Of a stretch of DNA of 64,000 nt, positions 9,938-18,856 are shown piece by piece. The notes below the pieces were generated by a model. The model was not told the DNA's origin, made no database searches, and saw only the letters and a program-made list of their open reading frames with translations. The translations under genes and the position numbers were made by a program. Source of the DNA: Candidatus Poribacteria bacterium (GTDB lineage: Bacteria; Poribacteria; WGA-4E; WGA-3G); the NCBI GenBank assembly GCA_965214095.1, contig OZ243938.1:2080001-2144000 (forward strand), given 5' to 3'. How positions within the stretch are numbered: the first letter of the stretch is position 1; each line of letters starts with the position of its first letter.

Positions 9938-10819
9938 CTATTTTTCTATTCCTGGACGTGGGAGTACAACACGAAAACCGATGGTCCGTGTTGAATCCAA
10001 CGGATAGAAGGGAGACCGTAAAGCTGAACGCAGGAATGTACTACCGACATCCCATGCACCGCCACGAATTATGCGGACTCGTAACACGTCACGGAAACGT
10101 AGATTCAGCGGATTACGCTGCAGTTTTTTTTTGCTCTGCTGATAAAATGTAGGGTTATACTCATCAAGACACCATTCCCATACATTTCCAGCAAGGTCTG
10201 CAATGCCATTGGGTGATGATCCATTTGAAAATTGTCCGACAGGCGTAGGATGGTTGTGTTGACGTGCGAAATTTGCATGGTGTCGTGCTTTTGGTGGGTG
10301 GTTGCCCCACGGATATTTTCGTCCTTCTGTGCCTCGTGCTGCGCGTTCCCATTGTGCCTCAGTTGGCAAACTTCCACCGATCCATTCCGCAAATGCTTGT
10401 GCATCAAACCATGTGACACCAACAACAGGTTGTGTATCTGCATTGAAGTTACCATCTTTCCAAATTTCTTCGCCTTGTTGTCCACGAGGCGTGGGACGGT
10501 TCGTTGCTTCAATAAAAGCGCGATATTGTGCATTTGTGATTTCGTATCGGGAAATTTGGTATTCGGAGAGATAGACTTCGTGTTGTGGGACTTCAGTGTC
10601 AAAGGTATATTTTTCAAGCAGAGAACTTCTTAGCTTAGCTTGTGTATAGGCTGCTTCTGCTTCCTTTGGAGTTGATCCCATTAGGAATTCACCTGCGGGA
10701 ATAGTTATCCATTCTATTGTTGCGAGTGTTTTTTCAGCGGTTGGACTAATTTCGGCAGTAACAGAGCTCATACAATGGCAAAGAAGAAATACCAGCATCG
10801 TAAGACAGAGGCATCGCAT
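9938..10819 (-). CDS. Secreted FGE-sulfatase (SUMF1/EgtB/PvdO) fold protein
   Basis: Signal peptide; IPAGEFLMGS, EITNAQY, LPTEAQWERAARG, GNVWEW, RGGAW, GFRVV. Confidence 0.9.
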   Translation of the reverse strand: MRCLCLTMLVFLLCHCMSSVTAEISPTAEKTLATIEWITIPAGEFLMGSTPKEAEAAYTQAKLRSSLLEKYTFDTEVPQHEVYLSEYQISRYEITNAQYRAFIEATNRPTPRGQQGEEIWKDGNFNADTQPVVGVTWFDAQAFAEWIGGSLPTEAQWERAARGTEGRKYPWGNHPPKARHHANFARQHNHPTPVGQFSNGSSPNGIADLAGNVWEWCLDEYNPTFYQQSKKKLQRNPLNLRFRDVLRVRIIRGGAWDVGSTFLRSALRSPFYPLDSTRTIGFRVVLPRPGIEK

Positions 10820-10978
10820 ACCCTAAAATATCCTTTATTTTTTGGTGATTTCTCATCAAAGTTGAATTTCTTAAAGAACAGTTCAATTTTCTGTAATAAA
10901 ATTTATGCATTAACATTGATTTAATGTAAGTATATTATCACGTTTACAGAGAAGTGTCAATTGCTCTTAATGTGAGTC

Positions 10979-11201
10979 CAGGGTTATTTAGTTTTAATAA
11001 ATTATCAACATCAGGATTTACTGAAAGTTAATACTCAAAGCGGTAGGTGCGGTTTCCTAACCGCACTAAAACCTGTGAGAAGACCTATTATGAAAGGTAT
11101 TTGACACAAATCCGGTGCGGTTAGGAAACCGCACCTACCGGCTTGGGGAATTTAAATTTGTGAAATAATACATAAGAAAAACTTAAAACTAAATAACCCT
11201 G
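10979..11201. mobile_element. MITE, shell family S1, 9-bp target duplication, carrying an inverted REP-A pair
   Basis: 19-bp perfect TIR CAGGGTTATTTAGTTTTAA; ATGTGAGTC at 10970-10978 and 11202-11210; CGGTAGGTGCGGTTTCCTAACCGCAC at 11041 and its inverse at 11115-11140. Confidence 0.9.
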
Positions 11202-11209
11202 ATGTGAGT

Positions 11210-11548
11210 CAGGTGCTGTTTAGTTTTGAGAATTTGTAATTATTGATATTAACTTTTTGTTAAGTCCCTGCATCGGTTTCATCACTGAATTTATTGGATA
11301 TATTGATTCTTGTCTGAACCAGGATTTGCAGGATGGACAGATTTCCAGGATAAGAGTCTGAAACATCAAAGTGCCAGTCAGAGAATAAACGTCAAACTGC
11401 GAATAGGAACTATGGAGAGCCAAACTCATAATCCTGAAAATCTACTAATCCTGCAAATCCTGGTTCAGACAAAGAGGAATACAAACCTATAATAAATTTA
11501 ACGTTTGTGAATAATATTGAACAAAAATCCTCAAACTAAATACCCCTA
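11210..11548. mobile_element. Degenerate S1-related MITE with 25-bp internal inverted repeat
   Basis: Ends CAGGTGCTGTTTAGTTTTGAG / CTCAAACTAAATACCCCTA; perfect IR TTGTCTGAACCAGGATTTGCAGGAT (11310-11334 / 11448-11472); right half recurs at about 57417-57568. Confidence 0.7.
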
Positions 11549-11617
11549 ACAAAACAGTGGTTTTATTCACAGAATTCGTGTAAAATCTTAGGATACATTA
11601 AACGAAAGGAAAAAATA

Positions 11618-13534
11618 ATGAGACATTTTTTAATTTGTGTTGGATTACTAATTATTACTACAACAGTCCTTGCACAAGGAATAACCTTAACATCAATAGA
11701 CTATCGTAAAGATATGTTATTGGCAAATGAACCAAAAATAACAGGATTTGAAGGTGCATCAGCGATAATTGAGTTTGAAACATTGATTGATACCCCTGCA
11801 GCGGTTGCATATTACGGTGTTCCACATACCGAAGGGAACTTGACTACGCCAAGATACCGTAAAGCAGTGAAAGGTATACACATTGATGACAACAAAACGA
11901 AACATCGTATTGCACTGGATATATCAAAACTTGAGGATGTGCATTATGATACAGGTTTGATTGCTAATAATGGTGGTACAATAGTCTATCGTATTGAGGT
12001 GTTTGATCCACGTATACAGACAGCACGAGCTTATGATAGGCGATTGCGTTACGAAAGGGATGGCGAACCTAAAACAGGTAAATATACATCGCTTGTGACT
12101 TTGACAGAAGGTCCGTTTGTGGATCTTGTAACACACAATTCTGCAGTTATTTCTTGGGAGACAAATATTCCAACAAAGGGGTCTGTTCTGTCTGCAAATA
12201 GGGAATTTCTTTCATTACAACCTTCTGTTCGGCATGAAGTCAAACTCACGAAGCTAAAACCGAATACAGTCTATACCTATCAAGTCAATTACGACATCTA
12301 TACACCAAAGTATACATTTAAAACAGCCCCTGACATAGGTACACGGACAAGTATTAAGTTCGGATTTATGTCTGATTCACGTGCTGGTGTAGGTGGTGGA
12401 GAACGTGCGCAAAACGGTGTCAATGCTAAAGACCTCGCTCGGTTCGCAATAGAACTCTATAATAAGAAAGCAGATTTTGTATGTTTCGGTGGTGACCTTA
12501 TCAACGGTTATACCTCTGACCCCAAAGACTATGAGTGGCAGTTGGAAACATGGAAACGAACCATCCAACCAGTTGCTGCAAATATTCCATTCTATGAATC
12601 AATGGGTAATCATGAACAGGTCGGTTCGTATTACAAGATGACTGCACCGCATTTACCACGGGACGAATACTATATCCCATTCACTGGTACAGTTGGAGAA
12701 GATAGTGCAGAGGCGATTTTCGCAAAAGAATTTGTCAATCCTAAAGGAAGTCGATATGAGTTAGGAATTCCAAATCCAGAGACAAAAGGTAGCAAAGAAA
12801 TGGAGGGTGCTAATGTTGGTCCCTCATACAGTGAAAATGTCTATTCATTCATTTACGGTAGGATCCATTTCATTTCTCTGAATACCAATTATTGGGGAAC
12901 AGGTTATAGGAATATAAGCGATTTTGGCCAGAAATCTCAGGATAAAACTGCGATAAACCTTGCCCTAAAACATCTCGGTGGTAATAGGGAAGGATATGTA
13001 ATGCGTAATCAGATGGCATGGTTGAAAAACGAGTTGGATGCAGCACAAAAAGACATCAGTGTTGATTGGGTGTTCATCATACTTCACGAACCGCCTTTCC
13101 CGAATGGTGGACATGTCAAGGATGCGATGTATTGGGGTACACCCGGTGAAGGTGGAACTGGTGGATACAACGATAAAAACGTGCCTCTGGGTAATGTGCT
13201 TGATATGCGAAACGAATTTTGGAAGATAGTTTCAAGCAAATCAAAAGTGTTAGCAGTGCTTTGCGGTGATGAACATAATTACAGTCGCACTTTAATCGAT
13301 TCATCTGTCCATCCAGATTTTAGGTTTCCCGTTTGGCAGATAATAAGTGGTGGTTGTGGTGCACCATATTATGTGCAAGACAAGTCGGTGCCTTGGGTTG
13401 ATAAGGTAAAAGCATTTACTATTGATAAACATTTCTGTTTATTTTCTATAGAAGGTAGTCAGGTCGGGTTGGAAGTCTACAACGACAGCAACCAGCTCTT
13501 AGATAGCATTGACAACCTAACAACAATTCGATAG
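11618..13534 (+). CDS. Secreted metallophosphoesterase (purple acid phosphatase-like, FN3-type domain)
   Basis: Signal peptide; HEVKLTKLKPNTVYTY; GDL, GNHE, LHEP, GDEH motifs; immediately upstream of pstS. Confidence 0.85.
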   Translation: MRHFLICVGLLIITTTVLAQGITLTSIDYRKDMLLANEPKITGFEGASAIIEFETLIDTPAAVAYYGVPHTEGNLTTPRYRKAVKGIHIDDNKTKHRIALDISKLEDVHYDTGLIANNGGTIVYRIEVFDPRIQTARAYDRRLRYERDGEPKTGKYTSLVTLTEGPFVDLVTHNSAVISWETNIPTKGSVLSANREFLSLQPSVRHEVKLTKLKPNTVYTYQVNYDIYTPKYTFKTAPDIGTRTSIKFGFMSDSRAGVGGGERAQNGVNAKDLARFAIELYNKKADFVCFGGDLINGYTSDPKDYEWQLETWKRTIQPVAANIPFYESMGNHEQVGSYYKMTAPHLPRDEYYIPFTGTVGEDSAEAIFAKEFVNPKGSRYELGIPNPETKGSKEMEGANVGPSYSENVYSFIYGRIHFISLNTNYWGTGYRNISDFGQKSQDKTAINLALKHLGGNREGYVMRNQMAWLKNELDAAQKDISVDWVFIILHEPPFPNGGHVKDAMYWGTPGEGGTGGYNDKNVPLGNVLDMRNEFWKIVSSKSKVLAVLCGDEHNYSRTLIDSSVHPDFRFPVWQIISGGCGAPYYVQDKSVPWVDKVKAFTIDKHFCLFSIEGSQVGLEVYNDSNQLLDSIDNLTTIR

Positions 13535-13549
13535 TCGTACCCCAATCTA

Positions 13550-13652
13550 TATATTGAATTATAAATATAAGTTGACACTTTCGTCCCATGGTAGGCGAGG
13601 TTTCCTAACCTCGCCTATGCAGAGTGTTCAAGTAATTTCAATATCCACTATA
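13550..13652. mobile_element. 103-bp MITE (shell S2) with REP-A core
   Basis: TATATTGAATT...ATATCCACTATA ends; reverse-complement copies at 27063 and 36677. Confidence 0.85.
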
Positions 13653-13681
13653 ACACGACATGACAAAAATTATACCCAGTT

Positions 13682-13715
13682 TTGTCTTATTTTCGTAACA
13701 TTTCATTGCTATAAT
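13682..13715 (+). promoter_or_regulatory. Putative Pho box plus extended -10 for the pst operon
   Basis: TTGTCTT-ATTT-TCGTAAC (7-4-7), 10 bp spacer ending TGC, then TATAAT; matches E. coli PhoB promoter geometry. Confidence 0.5.
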
Positions 13716-13747
13716 TCTTGCATAAGTTTATGAAAAGGATTATTTAC

Positions 13748-14659
13748 ATGCAATACAGAGGACTGGTCATTTATGTTACTTTAAGTATACTTGTCTTTTC
13801 AATATACGGTTTTGTCATCCGAGATGGTTCATCTGATAAGCAGCAGGGGGAAGAATCGGGACAATCCATCATCAAGAATAAAGGTTCCGATACTATGGTC
13901 AATTTGGCACAGGCTTGGGCTGAAACATATTCTGGCATTTCAGACACAGTTTCTGTAGAAGTATCAGGGGGTGGTTCAGGAACAGGTGTTGCTGCATTGA
14001 TCAATGGTACAGTCGATATTGCAAACTGCAGCCGCCAGATAAAACCCAAAGAGAAGGAAGAGGCAGAGAAAAACACTGGTAAAGAACCGATTGAGTTTAT
14101 TGTCGGTTATGATGCGCTTGCTGTTTATGTACATAAAGATAATCCTATTAACCGAATTACAATACCACAACTCGCCGAAATATATGGTGAGGATGGTAAG
14201 CTCACTAAATGGAATCAACTTAGAATTGCAAATGCGGGTTGCCGTAGTGATAAAATCATCCGAATCAGTCGACAGTCAAACTCAGGCACCTATTTTTATT
14301 TTAGGGAAGCACTTCTTGGCAAAGAACGAGATTTTGAGTCAGGATCGTTAGATTTACACGGTTCAAAAGATGTGGTGGAAGTCATCGGACGGACACTTTG
14401 TGCTATAGGGTATAGTGGTATGGGATATGCAACTGACCATGTGAAGATGTTAGAGGTAGCAACTGCATTAGATCAACCTTATTACTCCCCGAACCTTGAG
14501 AACGTTATTGCCAAAACATACCCAATTGCGCGTCCTTTATATATGTATTCTCTTGGTGAACCAACCGGTGAAGCAAAAGCTTACTTGGACTGGATTCTTT
14601 CAAATAAAGGACAAAAGATTGTTGAGGAACTTGGTTTTGTGCCATTAACAAGAAACTAA
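13748..14659 (+). CDS. pstS: Phosphate ABC transporter substrate-binding protein
   Basis: KGSDTM, GGGSGTG, R..NSGT, YPIARPLY; start moved to ATG 13748 (AAGGA SD, downstream of the -10). Confidence 0.93.
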   Translation: MQYRGLVIYVTLSILVFSIYGFVIRDGSSDKQQGEESGQSIIKNKGSDTMVNLAQAWAETYSGISDTVSVEVSGGGSGTGVAALINGTVDIANCSRQIKPKEKEEAEKNTGKEPIEFIVGYDALAVYVHKDNPINRITIPQLAEIYGEDGKLTKWNQLRIANAGCRSDKIIRISRQSNSGTYFYFREALLGKERDFESGSLDLHGSKDVVEVIGRTLCAIGYSGMGYATDHVKMLEVATALDQPYYSPNLENVIAKTYPIARPLYMYSLGEPTGEAKAYLDWILSNKGQKIVEELGFVPLTRN

Positions 14660-14676
14660 AGGGACCTCCTGTTTAG

Positions 14677-15954
14677 ATGAAGTTTATCCATATCTTATTC
14701 TCAATTAATGGACGTATCAATAGAGCCGGTTGGTGGTTACTGAATCTTCCGATATTTGTTATATTGGCAATATCCCTTACAACATTCGATTTTCCAGCAA
14801 CTTTATTATTTGAGCAAATACAGTTACTTATTCTCTTAGTCCTAGTTTGTGTACATAGTGCGGTATCAGCTAAACGTTGGCATGACAAAGACAAATCAAC
14901 GTGGTGGTTGCTGTTTCATATCATTCCGCTTATCTGTTCAATCTGTATATACGCAGCGAAACTGTCTTCAACATGGTGGGAGTTGATTCATGTCATCACA
15001 GTTATTAATTGTCTGTGGACATGCGTTGAATTGGGCATAATCAAAGGGACAGCAGGTGACAATCAATACGGACCTGACTCAGAAACCTCTTCGGAGTCTA
15101 TAATTGATGTCTATATCAGTATTTGCGGAATAAGTGCAATTCTCTTTGTTTTCGGAATATTCTTTTTTGTATTTAAAGAAGGGGCAGGCTTTCTCTTTGG
15201 TGAACTAAACATCTGGCAGTTTTTGTTCAGTGAAGAGTGGTATCCAACTTCTCTGAACAATAAAAGATACGGAACATTGGCGCTGATACTTGGCACTTTT
15301 AGTGTGACAGTATTAGCCATGCTGCTTGCTGTTCCGTTTGGACTCGGTGCGGCAATCTACGTATCCGAATTCTCTAGTCCCAAACTTAAAGAAACCTTCA
15401 AGATAGTCATTGAATTTCTCGCAGCAATCCCGTCTGTTGTTTGGGGTTTCATCGGTTTGACGTTGATGAATGAGATGATTATTAAGGTATTTAACGCACC
15501 CATTGGTTTAACGATGTTAAACGGTGGTATAATGCTGGCATTAATGAGTGTTCCGATCATCGTATCCATTGCTGAGGACGCATTAAAAGCGGTACCAGAT
15601 TCGTATAGAGAGGCTGCAGAAGCACTCGGAGCAACACGTTGGCAGGTGATTTTCCGTGTACTGCTACCTGCTGCGAAGAACGGATTATTGGCGGCAGTAT
15701 TACTCGGTGCTGCGCGTTCCATCGGTGAAACAATGGCAGTTTTGATGGCTACTGGACACTCTGTCAATATACCAGGTGGACCTCTTGCTTGGATACGCAC
15801 ACTCACTGCTACTATCGCCGCAGAATTAGGTGAAGTTGCAAGAGGTGGAGAACATTATCAGGTTCTATTTATTATCGGCATATTACTTTTTACCCTAACA
15901 TTTATCGTAAATCTCATCGCTGATTTAGTAATCAAAGGAATTCGTCAAAGTTAA
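14677..15954 (+). CDS. pstC: Phosphate ABC permease PstC with N-terminal DUF805-like domain
   Basis: C-part: LAAIPSVVWG, EAAEALGAT, RSIGETMAV; N-part: FSINGRINR...KRWHD...GTAGDNQYGPD. Confidence 0.9.
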   Translation: MKFIHILFSINGRINRAGWWLLNLPIFVILAISLTTFDFPATLLFEQIQLLILLVLVCVHSAVSAKRWHDKDKSTWWLLFHIIPLICSICIYAAKLSSTWWELIHVITVINCLWTCVELGIIKGTAGDNQYGPDSETSSESIIDVYISICGISAILFVFGIFFFVFKEGAGFLFGELNIWQFLFSEEWYPTSLNNKRYGTLALILGTFSVTVLAMLLAVPFGLGAAIYVSEFSSPKLKETFKIVIEFLAAIPSVVWGFIGLTLMNEMIIKVFNAPIGLTMLNGGIMLALMSVPIIVSIAEDALKAVPDSYREAAEALGATRWQVIFRVLLPAAKNGLLAAVLLGAARSIGETMAVLMATGHSVNIPGGPLAWIRTLTATIAAELGEVARGGEHYQVLFIIGILLFTLTFIVNLIADLVIKGIRQS

Positions 15955-15977
15955 TGGACACAACATCGTAGGAATAT

Positions 15978-16895
15978 ATGAATAGCAAGACAGAAATAGC
16001 TGCACAGGATATGTTTACTGAAACTGCAGTAGGCAAACAGAATAGATACACAGAGAATATAGTCAAAATATTCTTTCTCATCATGACTTGTCTGATGATT
16101 CTTCCGCTATTATTAATCATTGGATACCTTATCTATAAAGCATTACCTGTGCTATCTTTTGACTTTCTGTTATCAAACCCACAAGATAACATGCGTGCGG
16201 GAGGGATATGGGCACCGTTTCTCGGCACAATATATTTGGTAGTTGTCTCACTCTTGGCAGCAGCACCGATTGGTGTCTTCGCTGCGGTATACCTTAACGA
16301 ATATGCACGGGATAGTTGGTTCACTCGGATAGTTAATTTAGCAGTCGTGAACCTTGCAGGTGTGCCAAGTATTGTTCATGCGTTATTCGGCTTAGGTGCA
16401 TTTGTGTTGTTTGCTGGATTAGGTGAGTCAATCCTTGCTGCATCTCTAACCTTAGCAATTATGACGTTACCCGTGATTATTGCAAGTACAACGGAGGCAC
16501 TGAAAGCGGTCCCGATGTCATTCCGTGAGGCATGTTGGAATGTTGGGGCAACCCGTTGGCAAACGATCAGGCGTATTGTCCTGCCAAACTCTATCAGTGG
16601 CATTCTTACAGGCGTAATTTTACAAGTCTCGCGTGCAGCAGGTGAAACTGCACCGATTATGTTTACAGGGGCGGTATTCTATAAACCTATTGCAGAAGGT
16701 GACCTTTTAGCATATAATATATTTGACCAGTGTATGGCACTTTCATTACACCTCTATACGATTTCAACACAGGTGCCGGATGTAGCAGAGGGCATACCCT
16801 ACGGGACAGCTATTGTGCTGGTGGGAAGCGTTCTTCTGGTTAATGCCGCGTCAATTGTGTTACGGGTATATCTTAGGACGCGAAAGAAGTGGTAG
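15978..16895 (+). CDS. pstA: Phosphate ABC permease PstA
   Basis: NLAGVPSIV, REA...GATRWQ, SRAAGETAP. Confidence 0.93.
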   Translation: MNSKTEIAAQDMFTETAVGKQNRYTENIVKIFFLIMTCLMILPLLLIIGYLIYKALPVLSFDFLLSNPQDNMRAGGIWAPFLGTIYLVVVSLLAAAPIGVFAAVYLNEYARDSWFTRIVNLAVVNLAGVPSIVHALFGLGAFVLFAGLGESILAASLTLAIMTLPVIIASTTEALKAVPMSFREACWNVGATRWQTIRRIVLPNSISGILTGVILQVSRAAGETAPIMFTGAVFYKPIAEGDLLAYNIFDQCMALSLHLYTISTQVPDVAEGIPYGTAIVLVGSVLLVNAASIVLRVYLRTRKKW

Positions 16896-16986
16896 GCTTT
16901 AGGAATTTGAGGTACGGGTGTCATTTGCTGGCATCATCTACCTCAGCACTGAGGTCTGTTATCTCGCTAAAAAGACGTAAAATAGG

Positions 16987-17745
16987 ATGTTACCCATGTT
17001 GAATGATCTTAACGATGAATATACTGGTTTCAGAAAGAACATTTACGAAATAATTGAAGGACCTGTTGTAAGCGGAATTATCCAATTTTTGATACTTGCT
17101 TCTGCAGTAGCCTTTGTTCTTGAGACTGAATCTGCCTTTGATAAATATGAGACTTATTTTGTAATATTAGATTGGACTTTTTTAGCACTTTTTACAGTAG
17201 AATATATATTACGTGTCTATACCGCTCCTGATAGGAAAGCGTTTATATTCAGTTTCTTCGGCGTTGTTGATCTGCTCGCGATTTTACCGGCTCTCATGCT
17301 GATACCCGGGTTTCGTGTGCTACGTGTTCTCAGATTTTTACGGATTTTCAGAATCTTTAAAGCCACACGATTCGTTTTAGCAGTGGATAGAATGATTGAG
17401 GCATTAGCGGAAGTTAGAAGAGAGCTTCTGGCACTTGTGATTTTGTGCTCACTGTTTGTTTATTTAGCTGCATGTGGCATCTACGTTTTTGAAAAAGATG
17501 TTCAACCAGAGAAATTCGGCTCTATTCCTGATGCGATGTGGTGGGCAATCGTATCACTAACGACTATCGGATATGGTGATGTGTATCCCGTTTCAACTGG
17601 TGGCAAAATCTTTACTGCATTAGTTGCTTTAGTCGGTGTAGGACTTATTGCTATTCCATCTGGATTGTTAGCATCTGTTCTAACTGAAGCGAGGGTTGAA
17701 GAAGAAATGCAAGACGAGGAGAATGGTGAAAAAGATGAAAAATAA
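16987..17745 (+). CDS. 6-TM voltage-gated-type potassium channel
   Basis: S4 RVLRVLRFLRIFRIFK; pore SIPDAMWWAIVSLTTIGYGD. Confidence 0.92.
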   Translation: MLPMLNDLNDEYTGFRKNIYEIIEGPVVSGIIQFLILASAVAFVLETESAFDKYETYFVILDWTFLALFTVEYILRVYTAPDRKAFIFSFFGVVDLLAILPALMLIPGFRVLRVLRFLRIFRIFKATRFVLAVDRMIEALAEVRRELLALVILCSLFVYLAACGIYVFEKDVQPEKFGSIPDAMWWAIVSLTTIGYGDVYPVSTGGKIFTALVALVGVGLIAIPSGLLASVLTEARVEEEMQDEENGEKDEK

Positions 17746-18055
17746 ATTTGGTGCTCTCATGTTGATTTGTGTGTGTGTTTTCATGTTGCTAAACATACTG
17801 TTCATTTCTGCAGTTGCTCTCTATTTCTTTGAAAAAGATTCACATCATGGAGAGTTCAGTTCACTCGCTGACACTATAAGACATGTTTCATTAGAGTTCT
17901 TCACTGTAGGATATTCAGATATAACTCCTGTCTCTTTCGGTGGAAAACTAATATGTATCGGAGTCTCCATATTAGGCAATTTACTTGGTGTCTTAATATT
18001 TATAGGAATAGCCGTTTGGATATTTAGGTCTGTATCATCCTATAGAAGAATATAA
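17735..18055 (+). CDS. Small 2-TM pore-only K+ channel-like protein with TVGYSD filter
   Basis: TM-FFE...FSSLAD..FTVGYSDITP.SFGGK-TM; in-frame ATG 17735 overlaps the end of the 6-TM channel gene. Confidence 0.75.
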   Translation: MKNKFGALMLICVCVFMLLNILFISAVALYFFEKDSHHGEFSSLADTIRHVSLEFFTVGYSDITPVSFGGKLICIGVSILGNLLGVLIFIGIAVWIFRSVSSYRRI

Positions 18056-18071
18056 ATGGATATAAGAATAG

Positions 18072-18845
18072 TTGGAGCATAGGGACATAGTGCAACCTGT
18101 AATTGAAATTTCAGATTTAAAAGTGTTCTATGAAGACACACAAGCATTGAATGGAATATCATTGGACGTTTATCCAAATGAAATACTTGGTATTATCGGT
18201 CCAGCACAATCAGGAAAAACGACTCTGTTAAGAGTTATCAATAGAACTTTGGAATTTACACAAGGCACATCTATTGAAGGCACAGTGAAGTTAGACGGTG
18301 TTGACATCAATTCAATCAGTGATGTATATGGGTTGCGGAGACGTATCGGAATGGTGTTGCCGTTGCCGGTGGGTTTACCGTTGTCCATATATGACAATGT
18401 GGCGTTTGCTCCAAGAACTGCGGGTCTTCGCAATAAGACAGATTTAGATGAAATTGTTGAGCGATGTCTGCAACAGGCTGCGCTATGGGATGAAGTAAAG
18501 GATCGTTTGGACAGCCTCGGCACTAAACTCTCAGGTGGTCAACAACAACGATTAACCATCGCAAGAGCACTTTCACATCAACCAGAAATCCTTTGCCTTG
18601 ATGAATTCTCTATTGCAGTTGACCCGATTACAACGATGCGTATTGAAGATGTCCTCAAAACACTCAAAGAAGAGATGACTATTTTACTTGTTACGAATTT
18701 GGTTCAACAGGCAAAGCGTTTAGCCAACCGCACTGCATTTATGCTCAACGGAGATTTAATTGAAATTGATAAGACCGATGTTATCTTCTCCGAGAACCCT
18801 ACTAATCAATCCACCTATGATTATGTAAATGGTACTTTCGGCTAA
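18072..18845 (+). CDS. pstB: Phosphate ABC ATPase paralogue 1 (intact signature, degenerate Q-loop and H-switch)
   Basis: GPAQSGKTT, ALWDEVKDRL, LSGGQQQR, LDEF; GMVLPLP and VTNL. Confidence 0.85.
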   Translation: MEHRDIVQPVIEISDLKVFYEDTQALNGISLDVYPNEILGIIGPAQSGKTTLLRVINRTLEFTQGTSIEGTVKLDGVDINSISDVYGLRRRIGMVLPLPVGLPLSIYDNVAFAPRTAGLRNKTDLDEIVERCLQQAALWDEVKDRLDSLGTKLSGGQQQRLTIARALSHQPEILCLDEFSIAVDPITTMRIEDVLKTLKEEMTILLVTNLVQQAKRLANRTAFMLNGDLIEIDKTDVIFSENPTNQSTYDYVNGTFG

Positions 18846-18856
18846 CATCAAGAGGA

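Noticed and set aside
9938-10819. FGE-fold gene as an active formylglycine-generating enzyme or a DGR target
   Set aside because: The catalytic Cys pair after the RGG motif is absent, and I saw no template repeat or reverse transcriptase in the window
11220-11492. Short ORFs here, and at 7839-8027, 28152-28388 and 57104-57403
   Set aside because: They lie largely over MITE/REP sequence and show no protein motifs
16907-16955. Imperfect hairpin between pstA and the K+ channel gene
   Set aside because: No U-tract and no match to the repeat families; cannot call it a terminator
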